In this document: positions 49,546 to 61,860 of the stretch, in pieces
Position numbering within the stretch: the stretch's first letter is position 1
How the letters are laid out: every line of letters begins with the position of its first letter
Assembly (NCBI GenBank): GCA_002633005.1
Contig: NMRA01000604.1
Location: forward strand, 163,955 to 227,954
DNA from: Phoronis australis
Lineage: Eukaryota > Animalia > Phoronida
DNA length: 64,000 nucleotides
Reading direction: 5' to 3'
Translations under genes and position numbers: made by a program
The notes under the pieces: generated by a model
Told to the model about the DNA's origin: nothing
Databases searched by the model: none
Seen by the model: the letters and a program-made list of their open reading frames with translations, nothing else

Positions 49546-52500
49546 TTAATGCATTTTTTAGTTTTCATGAGTTATCTATAGCTCAAGAAGTATTTATAAG
49601 AAGTGTACAGGTGAGACATTTCACCATTTTAAATGGTATATTGTGATTTTTATTGCAAAAATACATCTGAACTTGAAAATTTGGCCGCCATTTTGTTTAT
49701 GTTAATTAGAAGGTCAAAAATGCTAAATTCGGCTTGAGAACAGGGTTAGTTGAATTTGCCATGCATTGAGTGTGTGAAGAAGTCTCGTTCCCAACTTTTA
49801 CTAAAAATGCTTATAGAACCTTTCACAGGGCTCTTTTCAGGAAATGTGTCTATACTATAACAACCCATTGGCATTTGAAATATATTAAAGTCACCGACGG
49901 CCCAGTCACCTTTAGTGACAGTGCTGCAAGTGGCAGCTGATTTTTGCCAGATTCAGAGTGGGCTTGTTTAGAACAGTTTGCCCCCAAGCCGCCTCCCAAT
50001 TTGTGGAAATCATCGATCTCAGCATGGAATCAGATGGAGGCCAAGTGAAAGAAAAATATGTGCCCACCTTCAGAAAAGCTCTAAGCTCAAGGCCAAGCTT
50101 GAGTTTGGAATGTAAGTGGAAATGCAGTCAACAAGTAATTTCTGGAAGGACAGAATGTATCGATTCCAGTTGGGTCAGGTAAGTGATTATGCAGGTGCAG
50201 GTCTTCAATGCTCTATACCTGTTGGTAATAAATTTATTATATTTGCTTTCTCAAGATTCTGACTGTCGCCAGGAAGGGCACAACCCTACATGAAGTAAGG
50301 CGACACTTGAGTACTAGAGTAATTTTATTATCTTCTTCCAGTATTAGTGAAACATATTCTTTATCTCAACATTTAGGGTTTATCAAAATACATTACATTT
50401 TATGAACATGCATGTGTAAGAAGTGGAAGTTTGGTGTCCATTATCAAAAGATTTAATCGAGCCCTTGTGTACTATCTGACACCAATTTCTCATCTAATTG
50501 ACCTGTTGTCACTTTTCATAGGTCATATTGCTCTATCTGTATAACCAGATATATATGAATTCCCACATATGCAGTGGAACCCCATTACAGTGGGACCTAA
50601 TTTAATTTGCCTAAAGTAATAACACCGCTAGGGTCCCTCATACGTGAAGCATTCAACCTCAAGAATAAGACTGGGGAAAACATGTGGGGATTCAAAATAC
50701 AGCATTCTACTGGGAGTTCTGGTATGCCTATTTTCCATAAAATTTTAATGCAGGTCTATGCGGAAATTGTTGGCGTTTACCAAAGAAGTTTGCCACTGTT
50801 GTTTAGTTTACTACAGAAAACATATTAGTAAGTAGTTAGTTAATGAATTAGAGTATTGTTTCACAAAACCTTTTTATACGATTCTTGGTTCCCGGATTAA
50901 TTGCATTAACATTTAAGCATATCAAAACAGTATTTATAGTAGATTTGATTTTTATTTCAATTGTATTGTGGTTGCTTATAAATCTCGTAAACAAATAAAA
51001 ATGCCGTTTATTTTGCAGATTTTGCGTCTCGGAAGTTTTACTGCGCAAGTTGTTTATTGTTACAGGAGTAGCTAACTACAAGGTTCGAACATAGCCTCAA
51101 CTATAAACAGTGATAATTGGATGTAAACTGCAAATTGACTCAAAAACTGGTGACTGGTAAACAAATTCATCAGCTAGGAAACATTACTGATGGACTGTAA
51201 CACTGTCCTTCTATTTGCAGACAAAACACTTTGTATGTACGCTGCATCTACTGTCGGTCAACCGTGTCTCTCAGTCAAAGTGGATTTGGTCCCATAAACT
51301 GTGATTTTTGGGTGCATATGTTATGTTTTGTGGGTTTAGGTCCAGAGTTTGTGAGTAAATGGGTAGAGTTAACAGACCTGGAACTATGTTTATGTGAGGA
51401 GCTATGTTCATAAGCGCACGGTCTGTTTATTTCTGTGCCAGTTATTTCACCACACCTCTCAACATTTGAAAATTCCTCTGAGACGGAAGACTGCTTGTAA
51501 TGAAAGCTTAGGTACTCCAAGTACATGTAGGTCATAACAGGATTTTTATAGTTGCTATATATTGAAACTGATGGTTTTCCAGGTTTTAGTAGTTAACTTA
51601 CATTTTGAATAATTGACGACACCTTTTGTTTTGAGCGCCGCTTGCACACATAAAGGGTTGCTTGCATATGTGAATGGCCATCTTACCAAGCTATTTTGAA
51701 TGGTAAAAATAAATTCTTTGGGGACAGGTTGTTTATGGAAAAACATAATTTTTGTGTTTACGGATTAAGCTGCATATAACTGTAATATTCACAGGCAAAT
51801 TTTTCAAGTGGAGACGAGGGGGACCAACCATCATTCTGGCCGCCCACGCCAAAGATCCATAAGTCGAACCAGTTTCTCACTGCTGCATCCGATGAAAGAG
51901 TCAACCGTGTTAGGTTCCAGCTTCTAACTGACATCGATGAGTTTGCCGAAAGGTCCTAGCATTATTACAAACAAAAAGACAGCGAAGCGTCATCTGTAAC
52001 CCATGAATGTATTGCTCCTGGTCACAGAGATGTTGTGAAGAATGTCTCTCACCTCAGCAGATCATTTTTTCCCGTTTAGTAGCACTCCATCCTTCCGGGA
52101 AACTCCCTCAGTTTGATGCCTTTGAAATGAAAAGTATCGCTGAGATAGACCGTCGATTTGAACAGCGACAAAAGATTGTTGAGTCGATGGAATCGCTGCA
52201 GTTGCACATTTCATGTATACGAGACTCAGAGACATTTGAAATACAGTATGTCAAAAGTTGTCAGACAAAATGCTATTTCCATTTCGAGACGTATCATCTG
52301 TGCTGACTAAAGATGTCTCATTGTACACCTAATTTGCTCGCATTTTGTCAATGTGACCACATTTGTTCTTTTCTATTTGCTTGACTTATGGCGTACAATT
52401 TTCCTGTGTCAATATAGCGTTACTATTCTCTAACTACTTTGGTTCGTGTTTAATGTTTAGCTATCTTATTATCGTTTTGCTCCATAAGTACAGTATAACC

Positions 52501-52798
52501 TGCCCTGCTGGGTCCCTATGTCTAACATGACAAACAATAATTTAAATCAGGACAGTTTTTAAATATTGCCCAACTTTGTTCCAAAATCTTTTTGCAGGAT
52601 AATCCAAGTTCATCTATATGAAGTCTGTCTGTGTATTTTATTTTCGTTTTGCTGCACATGCATTGTCTTATGATTTTTCGATGAATTAGCTGACACTATA
52701 TGTATTAAAGTCGAGACTTCTGAATTTTTGGATTCTGACTGATGGTAAGCACCAAACACCATTGCAAACCCATCACTGAGCAATATTACATACTAAAC

Positions 52799-53105
52799 TC
52801 GGGCGGATCCAGGATTTTGAGTTGGGAGGTAGGGCACAGGAATAATCAGAATTTAGCCACATGCGCGCGCCCACTCTAAAATGTAGTGGTGCAGGGGTCT
52901 CGTATTTTTGGGTTTGTGGACCTTATTACTAAAAAAATGGTAAACGGGGTATGTTCAAGGCCTATGCATTGTGCAGTCGCTCTCCGAGCCCCCTTGGGTG
53001 GGCGCATATGATAGTCAGCAATTCACACTCCAAACTGTCAAATGGTCTAGGGGAGAATTTTTGCGGGGTATGGCCCCTTTTGCCCCCTCCCTAAGTCCGC
53101 CACTG
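52799..53105. mobile_element. Nested MITEs: outer GGGCGGATCCAG...TCCGCCACTG element containing a CATGCGCGC...GCGCATATG element (52860-53010)
   Basis: Terminal inverted motifs visible for both. The inner core (gggg.ctcgaattttgag...tggacctt) recurs at ~5395, ~6976, ~36985 (reverse) and ~60010. Confidence 0.6.
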
Positions 53106-53452
53106 CTATTTGCGTGTGAAATACTCGGTTTCCTGTGTTTTTTGATGAAAATTTCTACGAACCTTCTGCAAATACATCTATGCGTTGTGGGTAAAAAAAA
53201 GAAATATTGGAATCGATAATGCGAGGATATTCAGACATCCATATGGATATCTGGGCGTGGCTGTTTGGGGACTTTCCCGAATGACAAGCGTAAAAAAGTT
53301 ATTAAACAACGCCAATTTCACCGGTAGTCGACTGTCCTCATAACATCAATTTCTCCAACCTCATTTCACAGCATCTATCCCATACCGTGTCAATATATGT
53401 ATTTTTTATGACTAACTACTCTGCTATCTGATTTCTTACGTTTGGTGATATA

Positions 53453-56400
53453 CAGCACACATCACGAATTTTTGGCCGCCCGGTCGGAAACTGGTCGACG
53501 ACTAGCCGTCGACCGGTCGTCTAATTTGCCGACCGGTCGGCTAAAAATTAGCCGACCGGCAGCCGCCCGCAGGGCCGACTCATAAGGCAACTCCCCAGCC
53601 GACCCTTCAGCCGACCGGCCATCAGCCGACCAGCTGGTCGGCTGCTATTTTTAGGCTAGAGTAGCAGTTGCGTAATAGGTTGTCAGGCTGATACCGCTTT
53701 GCGTGTCGATGCATATTCGTCTTAGCACAGGGTCAAATAAATTAACCTAGTTTTACTGTCTCGGTTACATGAGTTCACGTCGGTTGTGTAATACCACTAA
53801 TTCGAAGGTTGAAGGCAAGCGGTAATAGTAAACATTGGATTATGGACAATGCAACAAGTTTTGGATGAAAAACGTGAAAGTTTTCTTTACATTTGATCTT
53901 TAATTTGACTCGTGACGTTAACAAGATGTATTAGATCGGTTGCTTCCCGGTCAATACAACGCTGTAGTCATTTTGTTAACGCAGCTATTTTAGCAGTCTT
54001 CGCCCGCAGTTGATTTCAAGTTGTTTGTGTAACGCCAAACTGCATCTTTTTGCGTTTTTTTAAGTTAGTCACCGGTCTCCTGTCACGCGCCCATGATGAT
54101 GGATTAGTGAGTGAGTTCTTACACCGCGAAAAGCTCTCACTCCAGGGATTTTATTTTCATAGTATTGACCCTTGCAGTACAGACGCGAAATTCACGGTCC
54201 AGTATGCCCTAAACCCACGGACTTCGATGGCTCTAACTTCGAAATCATATTATGGTTACGATTTCCACGAACTAAGACGGTGACATCACCACTGTTGAGG
54301 CTACAGCAAAGTAGCCTTGCGCATTCCGTTTTCAGTGTATCGGTGATGTTAAAATCTGGGCTAGCAGTTACATGTGCTGTATACACGTAGTCCCCTATCA
54401 GTTGGTCGTTCACGTTGTTCCAAAAATAAATATTTTCTGTCAACAACATATTGACAAATTATGCAAAATAAAACAATTGTGAACGGCAAGATGTGAATAC
54501 GTGGTGAAGAGGTATTTGTCTCTACGCGGCATATGTGCGTGAAACTTTGGTAAAGCGATTGCGATGGCAAAAAATGATAGAAAATACACAAAGGTGCACT
54601 TTTGAGAAGCAAAGCGTCTGGTGATCTTGATAGCGTACATGTATGATCTGGCCACCTCAGGTAGTAAGTGACGCTGAATGAGAAGTGGTAACTACATGTT
54701 TGGCGCGAAAATAAAAAAATCATGCTTGTATTGCCAGCCACCCCCCTCCCCGAATTTTGCACATTCTAATGAGTCACCACTCGAGATTTGGTTCCGTTTC
54801 AGTCCTAAAATCGCATAATAATTCTGTGCTCAGCTGTAAGAAAAAATACAATTTTTTGAAACGGTGCTCAGTCTTAATAAAGTTTCCAGCATGAGAGCGC
54901 TTTGATCAGAAATGCCAAGCACACGCAGAGTTGTAAGACAGAGACGTTGGCGTTTCCGTATGTCCACAAAAGTGCTTTGAGCAGTGTGTACAAATTTGTT
55001 CATTTCGCTTTTCTGCACTGACGACTATGATCAACACGGTGTTTTAACTACACTTTTGAGTGCATTTTCAAAAATAAATGTTTGGTTGGTGAATTCAGCG
55101 AGTCGGTGCCCACGGGCAGGAAAACGTATCTGCGTAAATAAAGAGTTGCGTTTTCAAAACATTCAGAGCATGAGCTCAAGGACTACCTGAGACAGAAAAT
55201 AAAACCGATTACCAAACAGAAACTTGTCCAATGAATATATAGCTCTTGGAAAACTGTTACCCCGAAGAAATGTGCAAAATACGAACGTCGTTTACGAAAG
55301 ATTGTACCAGAAGTGATTCGTTGCAGTGGAGCCGCACGGGATAGTAAAAACACTGTGCTGTGCACTAGTTACCTGAATGGAAAGCTGAAGCGGAAAAATC
55401 CAGAACACACATTTTCTATTCAGGAATTGAAATCTCTGTAGAATCAAAAACAATTGGCAACCAGGATTTATTGCGTTAGAAAACTTATCACGCCCGGAGA
55501 GAATTGTTTTCATGCCCGGAGACTACGTGATCACCCATTATGCAATGATGACAATCCAGTGTGTACCTATACATTGGCATCTATTGTAAAACGTGGATTA
55601 GACGAAAGAAATTCAACCGCATTTCGAAGATAATATATCTGTTGTCGGCGAGAGGTTGAATATATAGCCCTTGTTTAGTATAGTACGGACAGTATCACTT
55701 TGAAAGATCAATGCTTGGGGATGGTGACGTGGTGTTCTGGCGTGAAAGTTACTGACATGGTAAGTTTTTGAACCTGACTTATTAAATTTTCAGTTCGGTC
55801 GTATTTTATTTTGATCCTGAAGTGAAGAATTTTTGGTCCTCACTTGATAAATTATAGGTGCTGATGTGATAAATTTTCAGTCTTGACGTGGTGAATTTGG
55901 TCTTTATTTGCTCTTTGGTCTTCTGTGTGAAAACAATCTCAATGTATTGGATTGTTTTAATTCCTGCTTAAGTAAAATGTCTGGTTTTGAGATATTTATT
56001 TTTGGTCCTGGAGAGTTTGCATGTTTTGCTTGGTTTTAATCATGCATAGAAAAGATATGTCGTTAAATGTTTCAAATTAGGCCTCCCATAAATGGGGGGA
56101 GAGCAGGTTGTGTAGCATCGTACTATGTAACTTCTAATATAAATCTAGGTGTTCGTGATTTAGTAATACTATGAAAAATGAGTAGTTATGACTATGAAAA
56201 ATGAGTAGTTGAGGCTTCTTTTGAAATACTGTATCCTTTGTATATGCCTGGTGTACATGGCTCAGTGTGATATTATCTAAGCTTTATTATCCTCTATGGC
56301 TTAACAACTATATATCTTCATTCATGCCTGTAAAAGAGGTACTCCCAGGATCATCAAGCATGTGTATGTTTTTATTCTAATGAGGCGTGCTTCGAATGTA

Positions 56401-58811
56401 CAATTAGTAATTATACTTTTGCAGTGGTTCATAACAAACGGATTCATTAAACCCAGTAAATATTTTTGCAACTGCTGACTCTGCATATCAGACGTGCATA
56501 TTGCATCATACCTCATCAGAGTAAAACTTGTTATCAATCATAGTAGAAAAAATTATTTTTATCATTGCCACAAGACGTTAACAAACGCAGTGAGTGTCTG
56601 TAACTGTTGTGTCTAGATTGCTGATGAACTAAAGTCGGTCTACATGTATTTCCATTTTTATATCACTGATTCATGCCAAAGGTTTGAAATTGCGCCCCTT
56701 TAAGAGTTTTGACTTGCCCTGTGATCACTAGAATCCGATGCAATAAACTTATAGAAGTTGTTTTTTAACCAGTGTAATATAGCTGAAAATTGTGTGCGTT
56801 TTCGTTTGCGAGAGTGTTCTTTTTGAATCAATGGGTTAATCATTTTACGCTCTACATGAAAACACAGACTACTTTTTTAGGATTACATGTACCAGGTTAC
56901 CCCGAAAATATTATTTTCAAAGTTTTACCCCTTGGAGTATACGCGAAACGCCAAGTATTGTGTTCTTACGCGAAAGGGCTCGGAAGGCTGTAGCCTTGGT
57001 GCGAAGCTGTTTACTAAATTAAATATACAAATTTGCGCCATTGTGGGTAAAAACTGACCGAATAAAATCTTCCTAGAGTAAACTAAATTATTTACCAGCG
57101 TTGCAAAAAATGGTTTTCTACAATTATTCTGCTGCTAAAGTTATGTTGTGATCTTATGCGTCGACTTTCGCCCCAATGAAATATTGCGTCACCTTTTAGC
57201 CAGTTTCTTTTTCCCAGATTCTTCAATCAAACGTTCTCCCTCGAGGTTACGTAAACGTCACAACAAATGATCAGAATTGGTTTCACTTCATTATATGTTT
57301 TTGGAATTTTGATATCAGTGAACCGAATTTTAGAACAAATTTTGCTGAGATGTGTTCATCATCTAATGGGAGATGTTGAAAACATTTTGGAAGTGGCGCG
57401 TGTCACAATGAACTTTTTTCAAAACGACGATATACGTTTTTTCGTTAAAAAGGCAGAGAATTACGCAAGAAGATGACGTCGGATGTTTCTCACTTAAACG
57501 GCCGTAACGGGCAACTTGAATGCCAATTGACTTCCAGATTTTGCATGCACACCCGCCAGTCTTGAGCTCATGTTGATACAAGCTTTTCGACGAGGTGACA
57601 AACGTAACTATCCGGGCTGTGTGAAGTATCGAGGTCTGTTTGGTCTCAATAAGCAGTGGCACCTTGCTGTATTTTGAAAATGGTCTTCATGCAACTAGCT
57701 GGCTACATAGGAAGGCTCTAGTTTCGAAAAGATGTTTTACTGCGAAAGTGACAATAATTTCTGAATGATGATGGATGATGGATGACACTATAAACCGATC
57801 AGTCTTCCGTTTTCATGCGCACATGCTTTAATATCGGCGCTATGTTCAAACCATTGTTTATGTTGTTTCTAAAATAAAATTGGGTTCTATTACTGTACCA
57901 ACATATTAAGAAATTATACAGAAATAAGCAATAATTATCTGTGGTAAATCGCAATATACAGCGTGATGAAGTGATCATCAAGAGCAATAACGGAAGAGCG
58001 CAAATGCGTGATGCTTGTTGAGCATTCCGCTGCATGAAAACACTTGAGGTCGTGTATTGAGTGTTGTATTCTGATTGTTATGCAATTTTACTGTAAATTT
58101 CAAATTTCGTGTTTGTTTTTGTGCAAAATGTACTGTATAAAAAGTCTCATATCTAAATTTAGAAATTATGCTTCCGCGATATCACATAACGTTTGATTTT
58201 ACCACGCCGTCATTAATTCAACATAAAGTTTTATGGCTGGTGTAATGTCACGCACTTCGTATTTGTAGGTTGATTCGATATTATTTCCTTTCAATAGTTG
58301 AACAAAACTTTATGAACCGATGTCAAGACCTGAGTTGCCAGTGGTGAACGAACAGCGAACAGTAAAATGTTTGTTTGGCCAAAGTTCACCCTTTTACCAC
58401 GCCGTCATTAATTCAACATAAAGTTTTAGGCTGGTGTAATGTCACGCACTTCGTATTTGTAGGTTGATGCGATTTTATGTCCTTTCAATAGTTGAACAAA
58501 AGTTTATAAACCGATGTCAAGACCTGAGTTGCCAGTGGTGAACTAACAGCGAACAGTAAAATGTTTGTTTGGCCAAAGTTCACACGTTAAGTCATAAAAT
58601 GGTAATTGCCGACCAAGGACACGCTTAATCCGAATTGGTCGTCTACGCTAGGCGACCACTTAGCCGACCCAAGTGCCGACCACAGAGACGACTCAGTAGA
58701 CGGCTCCTAGCCGACCGTTGTTGGTCGGCTGCTGGTCGGCTAGACGACCGGTCGACGGCCGGTCGTCGACCAATTTCCGACCGGTCGGCCAAAAATTCGT
58801 GATGTGTGCTG
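53453..58811. mobile_element. 5.36-kb non-autonomous DNA transposon with ~70-bp TIRs, TA flanks and GCCGACC subterminal repeats
   Basis: Left end CAGCACACATCACGAATTTTTGGCCG...GTCGACCGGTCGTCTA is nearly the reverse complement of the right end (~58741-58811). TA on both sides; many GCCGAC/GTCGGC motifs within ~200 bp of each end; no transposase ORF. Confidence 0.88.
58197..58583. repeat. Tandem duplication of a ~195-bp unit (2 copies) inside the TIR element
   Basis: 58197-58389 and 58392-58583 both run ttttaccacgccgtcattaattc...ggccaaagttcac. Confidence 0.92.
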
Positions 58812-58913
58812 TATATACGTCTATCCTATACCACGTCTATTTCTTTCAAGGACCCCTCATTTAGTGACGTACAATTGGCTCAATCAAATTCTCCAGTTGC
58901 GTGTGTGTTTCAG

Positions 58914-59458
58914 GAGGAACGCCCTACAGCGGGATACCCAGCAGTGACCTCCTGGTTATGCTTAAGTCTGGCTACAGGATGCCTCAGCCCTGTAACTGCA
59001 GTGATGACGTGTAAGTACAGGTCCTGTGGTGCAGGAACTCAGGTCATGACAGGCGAGTGCGTGTGTGCAGTAAGGAATACAACTAGAAGACACGTTTTCA
59101 GTCCTCTAGTCTCAGTCTGATATCAGACCGCAAGGTGGTAGCTACATGTCTCTGTCGTTTCACGCGATCCCTTCGACACCACATCCGGGGAATAAGATTC
59201 ATTATTGTCTGAGTTCTAATTAAAAACGCAACAAAACAAAATCCAATTGACGTTTCTTAAGGGAATTTATACTTTGCTCTCCTTAGATACGAGTTGATGA
59301 CATCATGCTGGAGCGAAGCTCCTCGCCAGCGACCAACGTTCAATGTTCTTGTTGCCATGCTAGAAGACATGTTAGTCCAGAGGAAGACATTTATTTCCGT
59401 GAAGTGTGGAAACGATTTCTTGTACGAGATCATCGACACCGAGAAAGATGACCAATAG
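58914..59458 (+). CDS. Receptor tyrosine kinase (FGFR/RET-like kinase domain), last two coding exons only
   Basis: Exon 58914-59010 (tttcag|...|gtaagt): GGTPYSGIPSSDLLVMLKSGYRMPQPCNCSDDV. Exon 59287-59458 (ccttag|): YELMTSCWSEAPRQRPTFNVLVAMLEDML...DDQ*. These are kinase subdomains X-XI with matching phases. Not shown in the ORF track. Confidence 0.88.
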
Positions 59459-61614
59459 TTTAAACACAGGGAGCAAGATCTTTGAATGATTATTCTAGAT
59501 GAGAATTTGTTAACAGTAGACACGTTGTTCTATGTATTTTTCCGATGCGGTTATATTTTGCATTGGCTCATTTTAACTGTCCAGTGTCATCTCTTGGCAG
59601 TGAAAATTCTGTTACTCCCAATACCGTTTTTTGCTTTTAAATAAGCTGTTCTTTTAGTAGTTGTATTATTACATATACTTATTATGTAAACAGTTGCTCT
59701 TGTATCATATTCCAAGTTAAACGACCAAGTTATATAAATATATATATATATCTTCATTCTAGAACGCATCTTACTTTGGTAATGTGATAGTACGTAATAC
59801 CTCATGTGTGCACATTCCATGGGCAGCGCAGCACTGATATGAGTTGGGGGCTACAGACCCCCAGCCCCCTATGGTGTGCCGCCCATGTATTCACGCTTTG
59901 TACAGGGAAGATCACCCTGAAAATGTTTGTAAACGGATAGGTGTTTGACAGTGCCTGATTTACTGAGGTGGTGGTCGCTAAGGTTTTCGTGCTCCCAGCC
60001 TAAGTAATGGGGAGCCGAATTTTTGAGAATATGGACCTTTTGCTAATTTTCACGGGGTACGTTTAGAGCTTTGAATTTGGAATTCGCCGATTTTTGCTTG
60101 CAGCCTTTTTAGTGGACATTTGCCTAGTCTACTATTTTTTTTCGGAATTTTTTTTTTGCTTTTTGTCAACCTCGCAAAATGGGGGTTTGTTCGACCCCCC
60201 TGCCTGCCACGCCAACTGAATGCGTTCCCTGGTGCTGTCTTGAATACAGTCGAAATTGCTTTCAAGAAAATTGCAGCACTGTTCATGATTCTAAAGTTGA
60301 AAGCCTATCAAACTGTTTGTTTCATTATTTTTCATTTGAATTGCTTATATCTCAATTAGTATTCATACAAATGTTGTGATATAGCTGATTCTATTCTACT
60401 TCGAATATTTTGCTGGTTTGACAACCATATTGCTTCAACTACATGTGTAGCACAATAGGGATAAATAAATATTGAACAAAAACACCATGCACCATTATTT
60501 TCGGATTAGTACAACATCAGATTTAGTGTTTGGGTTAAATTATATTTTGGGATTTGTAATTAATGTAATTTGCCAAGTAAGAAGGATTTAAGTGTTGGAA
60601 CCAAATAGGCCTATGGAGCATCCACTTTGGATATCATCCTTGAGTGCGGTTCAGCGTTACCATTATCGGTATTCAGGTGACAATCACATGCAAATTATTT
60701 GCATAAGCAATATGTCAGACATGGACAGTTGCAGACCTTTACTATGCTATAGGAAGCAATTCCTCTCTTACATCCGTGAATGAAATATGTGGTACTATAG
60801 CATAATATGTGGACAATTGTGTAGTTATTTGTGTCTAAAGATGTCGTTTTATCAACACAGCTGATCTCCTTTGTTAAATATCACGTTGATTAGTCTAGTT
60901 TTTGACGCGCAATCTTGCAAGACTTGATACTTTAAGCATGCCTCCATTCAAATTATAATGGATTTTTCTAAAACGCTCTCGATACCTTCGACCTCTACAC
61001 TCTACGACCAACATCCCCCACAACCCAGAACCCCCTCACCGACGACCTGTGTCATCATAGATTTATTTGCGCGTTTTACACATTCATAATCAAATTAGGT
61101 CACTGAATGACTCCCCCATAAGACAAACCTACTCAAGAATCTGCTCTGCCTCAAGCCTAGTGGTTAAGAGAAAGTTGCGTAAGAACATGTACATGTACTG
61201 AAGTAGCGGATTGTGAGCTTGCTATCCTTGTCAGGGAAATAAATCAACGAGCGGCAACTAATGCTCCTGTTTTACTGAACTCATGGAGAGAGCAGGTTAC
61301 CGTGAATGTACAAAATATCACATTTCATTATTTGCTTTCTGCTGTATACTCGCTTGTTGAAAACAGGTACTCCATGTAACGCTGAGACACAGCACTTTTT
61401 TGTTAACAATTTGTTTTAGTAAAACTATTTCGACTGAAGAAATTACATATTCGCAAGTTCCTTGCTCTTTCCCCAAAACCATGAATCTGCCATTCACAGA
61501 CGAATAGAAGAAACCATGACAATTTTCCGGAAACGAAAGTTGTAACCTTAGTAGATCTTTGATTTCATTTGGTCGTGCTGCTTTTCTTCCTTTTTACTTG
61601 CCGAGTGGAATATC

Positions 61615-61860
61615 TTAAATGAGTGCACATTTCTGAAACGAAGTTGAGAGGCAACTACTAATTGTTCTGTAATTGTTTACATTGTCAGCAGCACAGCCTT
61701 TGCATAACAAGCCTTCTATCCACAAAGGAGGAAACTTGGAAGTCTTTACGCTCAGGTTCAATAGATAGGTGATAGATGGTGTCAGCTTGTCACGAGGCAG
61801 TTTCAATAATTTGGAACTGACACCATCCACATCAATGACTTTATTCAAATCATGACCATT
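61615..61860 (-). mobile_element. Degenerate CR1/L2-like LINE reverse transcriptase fragment
   Basis: DGVSSKLLKL...LTPSITYLLNLSVKTSKFPPLW...NVNNYRTIS matches RT domains 0-1. Confidence 0.75.

Larger units (their letters stand above)
44947..52306 (+). mobile_element. Decayed DNA transposon relic (possibly Sola3-like) hosting the LINE
   Basis: TTAA|GG start at 44943-44948. Frameshifted protein remnants RVGLF..ICGNHRSQHGIRWRPSERKICAH..IPVGS (49951-50178) and RVRFQLLTDIDEFAERS*HYYKQK...ECIAPGH (51796-52080) resemble, from memory, N-termini of marine-invertebrate transposases. Family call and boundaries are inference. Confidence 0.45.

Noticed and set aside
44934-58914. In-frame JMJD6-tyrosine kinase fusion protein
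   Set aside because: Phase 2 to phase 1 mismatch; the only bridging route found (donor 50111) creates TGA at the junction, and the kinase part lacks its catalytic subdomains.
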